Assembly (NCBI GenBank): GCA_051362555.1
Contig: CM120641.1
Location: 45,266,401-45,330,400, forward strand
DNA from: Lingula anatina
Taxonomy: Eukaryota; Animalia; Brachiopoda
Direction of reading: 5' to 3'
Length of the DNA: 64,000 bases
Both the position numbers and the translations under genes were made by a program. Below the pieces are notes generated by a model. That model made no database searches. It was not told where the DNA came from and saw only the letters and a program-made list of their open reading frames with translations. Positions 10,784 through 63,179 of this stretch are shown here, piece after piece (the first letter of the stretch is position 1; every line of letters starts with the position of its first letter).

Positions 10784-12885
10784 ACCATATCTGCAAAAAA
10801 TATTTCATGCACAAAAGTATTCATGACTTTCTTAAGCTTTCCTTTTTAAACTTCGATTGCAAGTACATATTATCAAAACGTACCTTGTTAAGGGGGCTAG
10901 ACAGGTTATAAAGGCCTACTTCTGGGAAACAAGTTTTCCCCATTTCTTGTAGTACATATGTTGCTTATTAACAATATTAGTGCAATAAAAAGCATAAACA
11001 CCTTTAGAGTAATGCCCTTATTTCTTCATCACATTCATTCTACAAAAAAATTTAAGGGTAGTATTGTAAGAAGTGACAAGGCAATTCCATGTATTTATGT
11101 TTATTTCTGTATTTTTACAGCATAGCTGTTACACAATATCATAATAACATCGCCACCCCCTCCCTCAAAAACCTTTTTTATAGTTCACATAAAAAAGCGG
11201 TATTTCACATATAAATGCATTGGGAACCAGCTTTCATATACCGATTTGGAAGATTTTCTTATTTACTGAAAAGCAGCTGTCAAGACTGCTTTGTTCTGTG
11301 TTGAATTAAAACTACAAAATTTTAAGACCAAAATTAAACAGCAAATCCACGTCTGGACTTAAATCAACAATTGCACCATATGTATTGCTTCAACGGCATA
11401 CAGGAAGTAGGACTAGAGACTGTGGCCGAATTACTTGTGATTTGCTCCAATGACATGTATTAAAGTCTGCAATTGAACATCACAATAATTTCTTGTGCTT
11501 TGGTATAAGATCAGGACTTTATAAGTCCTTTCAAGGCTCTGTTCTTACTTTTTACTTAAAAAATAAAGATTGTGCATTATTCATACTATTCATATATTCA
11601 TTTTACACTGTATTTCTAACATTGAGCACCAGTACGTCTTTAAAATAGCTCTCAAAGCTAAGATGGAAATGTTTCAAAAAATGACTGTATATAGTTGCTG
11701 TCACACTCCCACACTCTTTTTCTCCTCAAAAACAAAAAAGGCTTTCACTTCATCACAACATTACATATAAAAAGAAAGGCTCGCAGTACTGATAATGTGC
11801 AGAACATTGTTTTGGTGCAATATGACAACTACAAAATTTAAGCTTAATCCTTCATCCTAAGTTCAGCTCCGATTGGTCACTCGGCTACATTCCACTGTAT
11901 ACAAAATATGTACGACTGCAATGAACGTTCCTCTCTTGCATCAACATTGTAGTTCATTTCACTTATCACAGTTCAAGAAGCTGCCCCTAGATATTGGAGA
12001 CAACCGTATCAACATTTTCCATACTTTTTAACAATGACAATTTAGATGCTGTAACATGTTTAAAAAAGCACTGTACAAAGTGAATAAGCACTGCTTGAAA
12101 CTTATGAAATATATGGCACTAAACTAGAAACATGAAATTACACAAACATCTGTGTAAAACTCCTACTTCTGAGTATCTGATATCATATTCTGCTTCTCAA
12201 CGAGACGATAATATAATACAAGCAGCAAACCTGTTACTACTAGGGCATAGTATACATACACTTCATTTAATAAGTAGATAAAACTGGAAAGAGTGATTTA
12301 AACAAAAAGAGAAGAAATTAGTGGACTTGTGCATGCTGCATCATTAAAAACACTAAAAATACTACAAAAAGCAAGTTAAATATGATCAGTTTAACACCAT
12401 GAAAGGTACAAAGATCTCATTATTTCAGTTCTATAACAATATTGAGCTAAGTTATATTCCTAAAAAACGAGCAATTTTATTAATAAAATGTCTATGAATC
12501 CTTTTGAAATAATAAAATCCACCATTATATAGTGTTCCTTTTTGACAACATATTTGCTTATCAACCAGACTTTTAAAATATTTTTTGGAAAATTCCCAGC
12601 ATATAAAGGAACTTGGATGTGTTATAGTTCTTTGTTAGCCTGGCCTTCTTGCTTGCCAACATAAAAATACACTTCCATACACTGAAATCCTAACAACTTG
12701 AACATCCTCATTTTCAATTGATATTGCAGGTTGTATATCTCCAATGCTTCATTTATTTACTCACTTGTTTTCAACTTAGTTCTAGGGTTCTGTGTTTCCT
12801 GTAACTTTACTTGTAAAAAAGCAATACTCCAGCTAAAACCCAGGGAAGTGAATCTTTTTGTCCTCCATGTATGAAAGAGCAACGC

Positions 12886-51330
<38,445 letters not shown>

Positions 51331-52851
51331 TTTGGCGTTGTGTGCGTTAATAATTCCACTTGCTGCACCTATCGACTTCCATATTGCTCGTGTTGATGAT
51401 AATCACAAACCACCGATGACATAAGCGCTCTAAAATGAGAGAAATATAGAGGTTGTGATACGATGGTCTCCAGTTTTCCGTACAGAATCTTAAAATAGCG
51501 TTCGACTAGACAGAAACGACACTCGATATACTGATTTTTACACGTATTTTTATTTTCCTAATTACGCTCAAGCGCAATACATCAAGAGCCTGGCTAGCAA
51601 TTGCCTATGTAAAATTAGATTTCAATTCGCCAGAGGCGCCTCTGGCATTTCTCAACTTCTTTTGTAGATATTGCTGTATACATGTATTCCGGAGGACATT
51701 CTTCCCTCCAGTTAATTTTTCGAGACACCCAGTAACACTTAAACAGTTCCATTGAATTTACGGCAAGCGAGATGTAAAGCTTATGATAATTTCAGCAACC
51801 CTGTGATTAACCGGAACAATAAGTGTATATAGAGTGCTTTGACAAAACGGTCTGAAGGGAGAGTAAATAAAATGGTGAATTAGGTCAAAACCGCAGTCCC
51901 AAATCTTGTGTTAAACCTCAAACCTCGAAATCCAGGTTGACATTTTCCATTGGTGAATAAGCGGTGGCGGTTCTAGTTTTACGTGACCATTCGCTAGGAG
52001 TGTTGAATTTAAAAAAAATCGAAGAAATAATTTTGTAGGCCATAACCCTAAGGTGTAAATCTACTTACTTTCCTCGAGGAAAAATAATACTTATTAATAA
52101 CGAAATGACATAAACAGTGCGTCATTGCGTATGAAGCTTTGTCACTTTGGTTAAATGATGCGACAGCTATTCGGCGTCAGTGTAGAGGTTGACAAGCAAC
52201 ATTAAACGACACTTAAATCATTTGATATTAAATCTTTCTGCGTAAATTTAAGCATAATGTTTCACAGATGACGAAAAAGTCATCACATCTTCCATCGACG
52301 GAACAAACCGGATTTAAAAACTATTTTCCCAACTGCATAGACTTTAACCCTTGAGTATACGTACCCTCAATGACATCAAATGGCCCGGCGTCCGATCCTA
52401 TCGTAAATTCCACCATGAAAAATACGATCTTAAGAATCGAGAGATCCCTCGCAACCTCTTGACAACCTTATTTGAAAGACGGTGGGCGTTATATTGACTT
52501 GTGACTACAAGAAGGACAATTGCCTTTCTCGTTTGCCATCTTTCGAAAAAGTTTACTGGGTCTGTCTGGGTATGACACACGCTTTAGTTCTTATATTCAT
52601 TCATTTAAAGTGAAACGCGCGATTTCGACTTACAAAATTTCCTTGGCAGTACTCGTACTTACACGTCCGCAATGTACGTCTGTTCGTCGTGAAGTAAATC
52701 CTCCAAGTGGGCGCATTCCGTCTGATCAAACAACGTTCGCAGGAAAATTTACTGAACTAGACACATCAGTTATTGAAGGAACTGGTTGTCTATCAACCTC
52801 TTTCAAAACAACTCTCTGATTGGCCAGACTCCAGGCCCCCTGTAAACATAC

Positions 52852-53268
52852 CTTCAGCAGTTTCAAGTTCACCAATGCTTAATCGCCTCGCAAAGTTTGG
52901 CGGGTCGACGAGTCCATCATGCCGAGTGCACGTGGGACTACACAGCACGCTAAACGTTCATTATCACTTGAGATATGTAGAAATGTATTATTAACCTCTT
53001 ATCGCTGAACTGCATGTCGCTCTCTTTCAAACCTTGCCAATGTCGCATGTCGTGGGGGGCTGACGCTGTGACAGGATTTGTAGTCCTGATGCCAACACCC
53101 CTTGCTAACTCCGACAGCTGTTGTTTGGTGGAAATGGTAATCTTGAAACTCATTCACATTAACTTCTTATCACGTGTTATCAAAGGCTTTATTCAATTTC
53201 ACAAGCCAAAGAGCTCCAAAGGGAGACCGCCCTTGAATATTTCATCATGCGGAGAGCGGGGCGGCAAA
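52852..53268 (-). other. Candidate non-coding 5'UTR exon of the wge/TNRC18-like gene
   Basis: Strong acceptor ctttcattttctcgtcttctag and strong donor AAG|GTATGT on the gene strand; an upstream exon is required by the acceptor at 51429; no transcript evidence. Confidence 0.3.
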
Positions 53269-56200
53269 CTAGAAGACGAGAAAATGAAAGGCCAAGCTGT
53301 ATTTTTCATCAGGCTTACGTCCTATTGGGAGTTGCAATGCGAGACCCACAAAACTGATACGAAACAGCCGCATCTGCATATTTGCATGGTTTTGTTTTTC
53401 CAATTCAAAGAGGTCTGTTTTCCCAGACAAGCGAACCTTTAACGTGCAGTTTGATTTTGCATTAAGACGCAATTCGAGTACTTAAAGCCTGCTGCAGTGG
53501 CAGGGTATAGTTAATCTCCTGGTTGATGGAAAGCCACATGACCCTGGTGCTTAAATTGACGTGCTGCATTCAAGTGGTCGAAATAAATGCGCGATGTAGA
53601 TATGAACCAAACCATCCCTAAAATACTTTCAGGCAGCTTTTTCATAGTTCTAAACACAATAATAACGATCTATTGGGAAAATGGAGACGTGTGGTAACCT
53701 GATAATTATGCAATTTACTTGAAAAAGTGCCACTGGAAGTGTCTGCTCATTAAACCCCAACAAGAAAGGGTACAATTCATAAGTGGGACATAAATTTTGT
53801 GTTCGTTTATCTTTCGGTTTATGTGACAGTTTGGCGTGGAGCTAATGCTTAAGCGATGTCGGGGGGCTTGACTGCCTGTACCGATAGTCTCCCTCTAGCG
53901 AGCTCTGTCATGCAAATAATAATCTGGTGGGTTTAAGTTATTGCCAGTTTCGAATCATAGCATCACATTTTGTCAATGTATCCCACTTTTTGTTGCTGGA
54001 TCAAGTATGGTTTTCTTTTGAGTCGTCAACTTCCTCATGATATACGCCAAGATTTAGTCACGGGGTGCAAGCTGGAAACCTGTTCTTGATACCAGGACGG
54101 GGCAAACGAGAAAACATATAATTTGGTACGCAACAAACTTCAAATGTGGTATATTTAGGTCGGGTTTTCGGAGTAGAATCCACAACAGCATTGTAAGTTA
54201 TAACAAATAGCCAGAGAAGAGAAAATTAGGCCCGTTGTTGGTAGCATTCAAAATATTTTATTTTGGGGTTAATAGTTTTTTTTTTTATCTCTAAGGGTAA
54301 GCGGAAATGGCCATGTGACTTTTCTATTCTTATCAGGCCTAATGTCTAGGGCACGGTATAGATATAATAAGTTAAAAATTCCAAATCTCGATCTTGAAGC
54401 TTCTTTCAACAGTTTTATAACTGGCTTCATCCACAAGGTTTTGTTGCCCGTAGCTTCCTGTTTACCAGGAACGCACGTTAACTTCATATATTAAATAAAA
54501 GAGTCTGTCACGCAATGTTTTAGTAAACACTGCCTTTGTCGAAAATAACCTCTTCGTCCTTCTCTTCTTTTGCACGGTAAAATCAAAATGTTTTTGTTCG
54601 GTGTGTCATGAAGTTAGATAATCCCCCCTCACACAAAAGACAACTTTTAGGTCTGTTTAGATCTATTAAAAAATGGCCTGATGGGTTTTGGTTTTAGTAA
54701 AATGATTATATATCTGAATATTTTTTGCAACGAAAACATTTCAATAATTACATATAATCAGTAAGGTTTCTTTCCTTTTATTATTTAAAAAAAAAAAAAT
54801 TTTTTTTTTTTGGGGGGGGGATGATTGCGAAAAAAGCATATTTGTAGTTAATCTGTTTTTTAATAACGGTCAACAATGTATTCGATTCTTCTTTATGTTT
54901 CGATTCCACGCATGTTGTACTCGAATGCGATCATATGGTAAAAGCAAATCCTGCCGAAAAAGCAAAAAACAATTTAAGTAAAATGCAGTAAAAAGTGAAA
55001 GTAGAGACCTGACTGTTCATGTTCTCTTTTAAATCATCATTTTCAAAACTTTGGTAAAATAGGTAGAAGCACAGACTGTGATGCCATTTAAAGATAAATT
55101 CTAAAATGTTGACAAGTAAACTTGAAGTTTCATGGTCTTTTTTCTACACTATAAAACTATGAAAATAAATAAATAAATTGCAAGATAATCATTTCAAGGT
55201 TAAATTACCAAGTTATTTTATACCAGCCGTAAGTCATTTTCTCGCTCTTGAATTCGCTCCACAGAATTGTACGCAAAAAGATCGAGCCGTCGGATCCGTC
55301 GGCAAACGCCAGTGAGTTCTTCACGCTCGTAGACTTATTTCCCAAAAACTTCCGCGGTGAAACATGCCTTACTGATATACATACACAACACATATCGTCT
55401 GCGTTTCAGTTCAATCATTTTCAACGGGGCTGGAGGTTAGCAGCATGTGGGCGGATTTTCATAATTTATATGCCATTTTCTCTGAATCTCTATTCAACCG
55501 TTGTTTTTCTCTGTTTTAAATGTAGTTCGTATAGAATAAAATAGTTACCCGCGCTTAAAATTGGTCTCATTGTGGTACTTTACAGCATAAATGCTGATTT
55601 TGTTTAATATACCAAATCATACTGGTATAATATGTATCCCCAATGTATATCCCAAACAGCGAATTTAGTCAAAGTGCATCGTTTCTTTATATGAGCGTGC
55701 ATGTAAACTCATGTTCGAGTCAATAATGCAATTTTACTGGAAATAAGAATAAAATATTTTTTACATTAAAGAGGTGAAAGGACATTACTAAGAGCAAGAT
55801 GTTTTTTAGTGCGATACATTTAAAAGAAATTCTGTACATAACAAATGAGTCAATGCTGCATGACTCGCTTTATGGGGAAATGATACTGAATCTACTTATA
55901 TGCAGCGAATCTGAAGTTTGGGGAAGGAATTGGATTCTTTTCTGTAAACGGGCTAAAGAAAGCGCATACAAGCGTCAATATAGCGAGCGGAGCGTTAAAG
56001 GGTTAACAAAAAAAAAAAAAAAAAGCTTGCTGACATTGATAAATGGCGGTGCCATGTAACTGCTCATTTCGGGAAATCAGGTTTACGTGTTAATGCAGAC
56101 CTTTGATTCTGAATATTTTGAACTGTTGGATATTTTTTCCTTTACACTTCGATATAAGATAATCATATCGTGTTTTATATTGACACCTGTATCAAAAAAG

Positions 56201-58331
56201 GGAAGAAAAAACAGCGCAATTTGTTATGCCATGCGGTTTTGCATTTTTACCTTATGAAATGCATTGCAGATAAAAAAAACAGCATGAAGCGAGTGAAAAG
56301 TAAGATGTCTATAAGGAACAATTATGATGTGAGATCTTCGTCAGGGTGTTTTTAGTCTTTTGAACCAAGCGATACGTGATCCTTCCAATTCGTGGAATAG
56401 CAAAAGAGGTATTAGAGCGTAAAATAGGAAAGGAAAAGGACAGCGTACAAACGCAAAATGTCACAATCAACACGCTGTTGATTCTCGTGTTTAAAATGAT
56501 GTCAACGTATGCGTATTGCAACATGTCACAGGGCTTTGGAGGCACTGTCTGCACCCCCCCCCCCCTCACCCCCCTTACAAACAGACGCAAAACGAGAGAA
56601 AACGAAGTGATTCTCCATTTTTTTGCCGTACATAGTACAGTAAAATAAAATTTTATTGTTGGATCCGCCCGCACCTAACAATAAATCCAAAATAGGATAA
56701 AAAGTATCGTAAAATGTATTCAGCTAGTGACGAACTGGCTCGTAGAACGTGAATAATGGTTAATAAACAGAAATTATGCTGTGTCCCCAAACCAATAAAC
56801 CAGGTAATGTTTGTTCATAAGGTTGAGAATGATGTAAGAAATGCGTGAAAATTAAGCAGTAGAAAAATTAATACGCTGGGCATTTTTTATTGTAAATAAT
56901 GCGGAAAAAACGTTTGAAAGGATGAAAGTTGTTTTCTTTTGCCCATCATCTCTCAAATGCGTTGGCAAAATTTATACAAGTGTTGATTTAGCACTGTTCT
57001 CAACAAGCACCGCTTTACAGATGATGAAAGATTTAAACGGCGAATCTTATATATGCTGCTGCTTGTGAAAAACGGGCGAGATTTAGACAAGTTTTAGACA
57101 CTAATATTCAGTGTGTACACCGGACCTTAGGACTTAAGTCTGATTAACCGAAATATGTCTGTGCTGTGTGCTGCTCCAAAATCTCGCTATCCCTTTTCTT
57201 TGATAACATTTTTATTGAAGTTTAATTAAAAATATAATCAATTCAAGAAGCACTTACAAAGACGCTTTCTTCCACAACGTAGTTTGCTAAAAGCGAAAGC
57301 AACGTCTGTGCGACCGAATCTCTTTCTTCCGTCTGCAATTTTGAAAAAGGTAAGGGTTCAGGCTTGACCTAAATCATTGCATTCCGCTTCCATTATTCAG
57401 TTTTTATATTCACTCCCTCACTTCAATGTAACATAATTGCAGTGAAGCGGTAACAGGGCAGAGGTGTTCGGCGGTGATACGCGTCATAATTTTGATCTGG
57501 AATTAGAAAGGTACCCTGGGTTCAAATGACATCCTGTTTACTAGGAGGGGGGGGGAGGGTTCTTTTTATGGAAAATCTACCGAGTTGCTAATTTCTTTTA
57601 AAGTAGTTGTTGTAACAGGAAAAATTGAGCACGCCTTCAGTGCGGCAGTTTTATTTTTACGAATGAAAATAACAGTTTTATACTGCCCCGTATTTCGTTC
57701 CTCGTTGAATATCCTGTTATTAAAAATGAACTCGACACTATTGTATTTGAAACCCGCCTAAACAGTACTTATCTTTCACCCTGACGCACGTTATCGACCA
57801 AGTACATAAAGAAAATCTGGTTCTACCGAAAATGAAGGTTAATCCAATCTCAAACGCACCCATTTTTAACCGTCGCAGATCAAAATTCTTCTTACGCTTT
57901 CATAAAAAGTGAGTAACTGAATAAACAAGAAAATTGATAAAATCAATGATCATTTTTTTTTTTTGTAAAAATGAAAATAATGAAACAAAACGTGGATGCC
58001 GATAAAACCCAGGCATTAAGTATGGTCTCTTAAAGGACGCTCTTGTTCTCCGTTGTTGTCTAGAACTGTCGTTTTTACACTGCATAATCATATCCCAAAC
58101 GCTTTTGTTCAGTAGGGTATGCCCCCCCCTTCTCCCCAAAGAAGGGACCTGGCATAATGTTAGCAATTATAAATCTGACCGAATCCTGCCTTCAACCTTG
58201 CATCTGGTACCATATTATTTTCAGCATACGCATTCCTTTTATTGACTATTGACTTTCAAGTTTTATATTGAAGTTAAGATCACGCTTGACCTCAATTTAT
58301 TTAACACTGAACATGCATCTTCCTTGTGTAG

Positions 58332-58403
<72 letters not shown>
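58332..58403. repeat. Compound (TC)n(TG)n(GA)n microsatellite
   Basis: Seen directly. Confidence 0.95.
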
Positions 58404-58404
<1 letters not shown>

Positions 58405-61400
58405 CAAGAGTTCAGTCCGAATTTTTTTCTCTACTTCAGTTCACGGTAAGTCCATAATAGTCCAATAAAGTGATTAGTAACTATATGTCTTAAACATTCT
58501 TGTTTTTATAAATCATACGCAATGTTTTATTTTAATTCACTACTAGTGACATTATACTACGAAACTGACCTCTAGAAATTCAAATGATAAAAGGGGGGCA
58601 TTCTGCGTTCGAGCTAACAGTTCCAGTCTTTCCGAGTTTCAGACGACTGCTGACGTCGAACCCCCTCTGTATTTGTAACGGCACAATAATATTGGTTGAA
58701 GTGGTGTTTTACTGTAGTTGCTGAAACCCAGGGTGTAGTGCCTGCAGTAGAGAGAGGGCACTTGCCAAATTGATCATTGCAGGGGTATTTTTTTTATCTA
58801 TAAACGTGTGCGACATGTCCTTCATTGTGGTCCGACATTGGGACCATCAGGTGATCCACTCTATAATTAAACCTAGTGAAATGTGCTTTAATTGCTGTAT
58901 GTAAAATACATACGGGAAATATTAGCATATGTTATAATTGCAATGCTTTCTTTTTTATTGTTAGGCCATGGCCTTTCTGTAAAAATGTGCTAGAACCAAT
59001 AAAGATTATATTATAACACAGGAATAGATAGTCCCTGGTATTAATGGCGATGGAAGCGAGCCAGCTGTTAATGGCGTAGCGACATTGACAAGGCTTGAGA
59101 CAGATTCGTTTATTTCCAACTAAAATATCTGTATCCTTTTTATTTCATCTTTATGGTGGGTGTAAGGTGCAAAATCATTGCTGCGTAGTTGTCCGCATAA
59201 AAGCTAAATTCGTTGGAACGTAGCACCGTAATGGTATCGCGACTTCCTACATAAACTAATTTATACATAATTAAGCCGAGAACAGCGTCTGTCTCTCGAA
59301 TACTTTGTACCACCAATCTCCTTCCACATCTCTGCTATTTAGGGTTATTTGGATGTGTAACGGAATTCATATGCCATCGCCTTTTCACGAAATACGACAG
59401 CTGAAATGGAGCCTTTCGAAAATTTCACAAAATCGGTCCTAATAGACATCAGCTCCCGTATTGTGAAGCTTATGAAAGCAATTCCCCACCTTCCCGGGGC
59501 GTTAAAACCAAGTCTGGGAACCCCTTAAGAAGTTGTTTAAGTCTTATGCTTGTGAAATACATATATATAAAATTTTAATGTTTCAATATTACTTTTTACA
59601 GAGCGCATCTAGGTCACGTCAATCCTTCAACTACACATTTTCAAACGGTGCTATTTTCTAAAAAAAAAAAAATTGATCAAATTAATATCCTTTCTAAATT
59701 TCAGTAATAAAATTGAATCAATCGTATTTGCTGCTTCTGTTTAAATTTGATTTTTTTAGACATTTGTACATTGTCTTTTAGACTGAGATGACATCGATTC
59801 ATAGCCGAGGCAAGAAGCCTTATACAAACCTAGCTGTCAGTCCTATAGGAAAGTCCGGAACGGCGTCGTGTGGATATTAGACTTTGCGCTGTGACCAACT
59901 GCTGATAAAGTCCGAAGAGATTATTACAGATGCCTTTAAAATGTATATTTTAGATAGCCCACAAATACTGAAGGCCCGTGCTATATTAAGTAAGAAACGT
60001 GTTTCAATGCGCGGACACATCTCAAGAACAACAAACGACCTTGATTTGCACTGCGACAAACCAGTTTATTCACCACGAATGGGAGAAACAGCTCAAAAAT
60101 CACAACCAAGAGTCGCGATATCAAAATACTGATAATGCTCAGCAGTTTTTATTTGTATAAAACTAAGCTGCACTCCGCGTGCATGCACCGCTGTGTACAT
60201 TTTACAGTGCGTCTCGCAGATAACCCGGTCCCTTGAACGCTGCTGATAGATGCAACACAGACTTCGGGCTTCATAAAATACACACTAACTGCAGGAGCAG
60301 GTTTAGAGATACATTTTTTCGGGAGTTAACCTTAAAGTACACCTTTACCGGCGTTAGTGTGTCGGAGGTAATTTGTGGAGCGTTGCCGAAAATGTATGGT
60401 AATACATGGAGGTGAATGGCTCCCGAGTTGCACGGGTAAAAATTTCCGTGCCCTAATTATTTAAAATTGGCCACTGTAGTGAAAGTTTCCCCTTTTTGTT
60501 CGTCTGCTCAATGGTAAAGTACTATTCGTTTTTTTTTCTTCTGGGAGTATTTGCCAAGACAAATGAATTTTTCCGCCTTCGGATAATTAAATAACCCCAT
60601 TTCCAACTACACGTTTGGTTATTTCACGATCTGACTGGACTTCGTTTGAAACCTCCATATTAGTACAGCCGTTTTGACGTCAATGACTGATAATTATTAT
60701 TATAATTTTCATAGAATTGTACGCTGTCAAAAAACACATTCAAAGAAAAAAAAAAACCAAATGCGATTCGCTCATTTTTGGATCCATTTGTTCAACTGCT
60801 TCAGTGTACTGTATCGCATGCGTCTTTTTTTTCTCTCACAGCCAACAATGCTCAGGCTACTATTACTTTCCCAGCGAACACATATGTAGCTATTGTTAAA
60901 CTGTGCGCCAAGTACACGGGTTGGTCTAATTAACATACGAAGAAGTGTTGTTGTACAACACAAGGAAAGGTATAATGTATTCACACGGCGTATGCAGTTA
61001 ATGACATTATATTCCTAGACAGCATTCAGTTTGAGCCAAGGCATTTGGCATAAACACATAGATATCACTTGGAGCCCTACTTTACATTTGGACGATTGGT
61101 TCATGTGAATCTATTCTTCTCAGCTGTCTTTGCCTTTATTTATCGCTTAATTAGAATGACGAGGTTGAGCATCGGGGTGGGGTCCAAATCCGTTTTATTT
61201 CAAAATAAATTTTAATGTTTCTGGTTTACCATTAGTGACCAAAAAGCGTATATTGATTTGTATGCCATCTGCTCTATTATTCCAATTGAAACTCTTCTTT
61301 TAGAATATGGGGGATTCGAGTATACATTAAAAATTTATGTATAGACGTAACATAAATTAAAGTTTAATTCTCGTTGGCAATTTTGCCCACAAAATTTAGT

Positions 61401-63041
61401 AAACTGCTCTACCGACTTTGCGAAAAATGAAAATAATAATAATAATAGTAATAAAACTGGTTGCTCCCATTTATAAAGATAAAAAATTATATGACCTGTA
61501 TAAGCATATGTCACGAATGTAAAAACCTGCATATATTCAGTGACGTGTTCAAAGAGTTTGAAATACGAGTATTTCTTACTGTTTGTTTCATATTGCTCGA
61601 CTCAAGCTTCAAAATCCAGTCGTGCCATATGGGGGAAGACGAACCTTTTGAGTTAACAAGAAGTGGCAATTATTAACTCGAATGGCGCAAATACTAAAAG
61701 TAAACAACTCTATGTCTGATTGCACAGGCAAATATTTCTTTACATAATGAAAATAATCCGGTCTGCTTTTCTGGGTCCAGTTTATTTGTTTTCATTCACC
61801 TCTTTGTGTCCGTGGGGCTTCGCGATTGTCATTTTATGTGTTTTTCTTATTGAAATCATCACTTGGATACTGTTTACACGACAAAAGTTGCCTGTCGAAG
61901 CCGATATTGGGGGCCACCCTGTGTTTCGTCCATATCACTTGAAGAACACATAAACATGGCATGCATTTTATTCACATGGCTGTTATGAAATTTATTTCAG
62001 GACCAAAGTTACCAACCAAAGCTTACAAAGACGCCTACATTGCATCGTTTGTAAAACTTCAAGCATATGCAAACGTGATGTATGCCATATTCCAACGCCG
62101 TAACTATTTTAATTCCTCGGCGTCTGTTCAAATGTAATATGTTGACGGCTCTCAGTCAGTGAATGCACCAGTGATACCGACATGTCGTGATTGGACAAAG
62201 TCGATTTACTGGTCAAGAGGGAAGCATGCGTCCAATATTCACACTATCCGCGTGACCTTTTTGATATTATTCAATCCTTAGTTGGTCGTAGTGAATAGGT
62301 CAGGAAATTGATGCGAACTGAATAAAGCTAAAATCTAATGCAACAGAGTAATAAATACTCTTCATTGCAATACTGACGTGTAAAATTCCCATAAGAAAAT
62401 TAACGGTCGGTTCTCCATATATTTTGTTACTTGGAATACACTAACATGAATGTGAACACATATTCAACGGGAGAAAACGGTTTGGATTTGGGACATATCC
62501 CATAAAGCTAAAATGGAACTTGGGAGTAATAAATACTGCACGACTCGCACAGAGAAAAATAGTTTCAAGTGATCTGCAAATTGGAGCATACCCAATATAC
62601 AGCTAAAATTAACCCTGAACTAATGAAAGCCACAGTCCTACACGTCTTAAAATACTCTTTTTAAATCACCCACCAGTGAACGCTTTAAACACTTTATTCG
62701 GATAGCAATAATATCAATGTTGACATTTCTTACGCCTATTCACAAAAAAAAGCTGTTAAAAACACGATTCACTTCGGAAAGCAAAGCGTGACCAGCAAAA
62801 TGATATGAAACCCCAGTTGCCAAACCCTTGATATGGGTTGTGTTTTGCGTGAATAATCCGTGCCAGGCACAAGATATCGCACTGAACTTGCCGCATATTT
62901 GGTGTAATATAAAAAGGCGACCTTTCGATCTATATCTGATATTCAATATATCTAAATCATACACACACACACACACACACACACGGCGAGCAAAAATATT
63001 AACGCCCCACGCAATTCTTAAAATTTTTATTAGTATTATGG

Positions 63042-63045
<4 letters not shown>

Positions 63046-63105
<60 letters not shown>
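63046..63105. repeat. (TA)n microsatellite
   Basis: Seen directly. Confidence 0.95.
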
Positions 63106-63108
<3 letters not shown>

Positions 63109-63139
63109 CATACGGGCTGAATTTTATTGTACAATGTGG

Positions 63140-63179
63140 TACAGATTACTGTCCGTAGCTACAGGTTACTGTCCGTAGC
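63140..63179. repeat. 20-nt tandem duplication
   Basis: tacag(a/g)ttactgtccgtagc present twice. Confidence 0.85.

Noticed and set aside
52069-52082. 14-bp palindrome tttcctcgaggaaa
   Set aside because: Short enough to occur by chance in 64 kb
52398-53472. Cluster of 60-140 aa ORFs, possible transposase remnant
   Set aside because: No DDE, RT or endonuclease motifs recognisable in the translations provided
57440-57535. B-box-like GGGTTCAAAT suggesting a tRNA or SINE
   Set aside because: No cloverleaf or convincing A box
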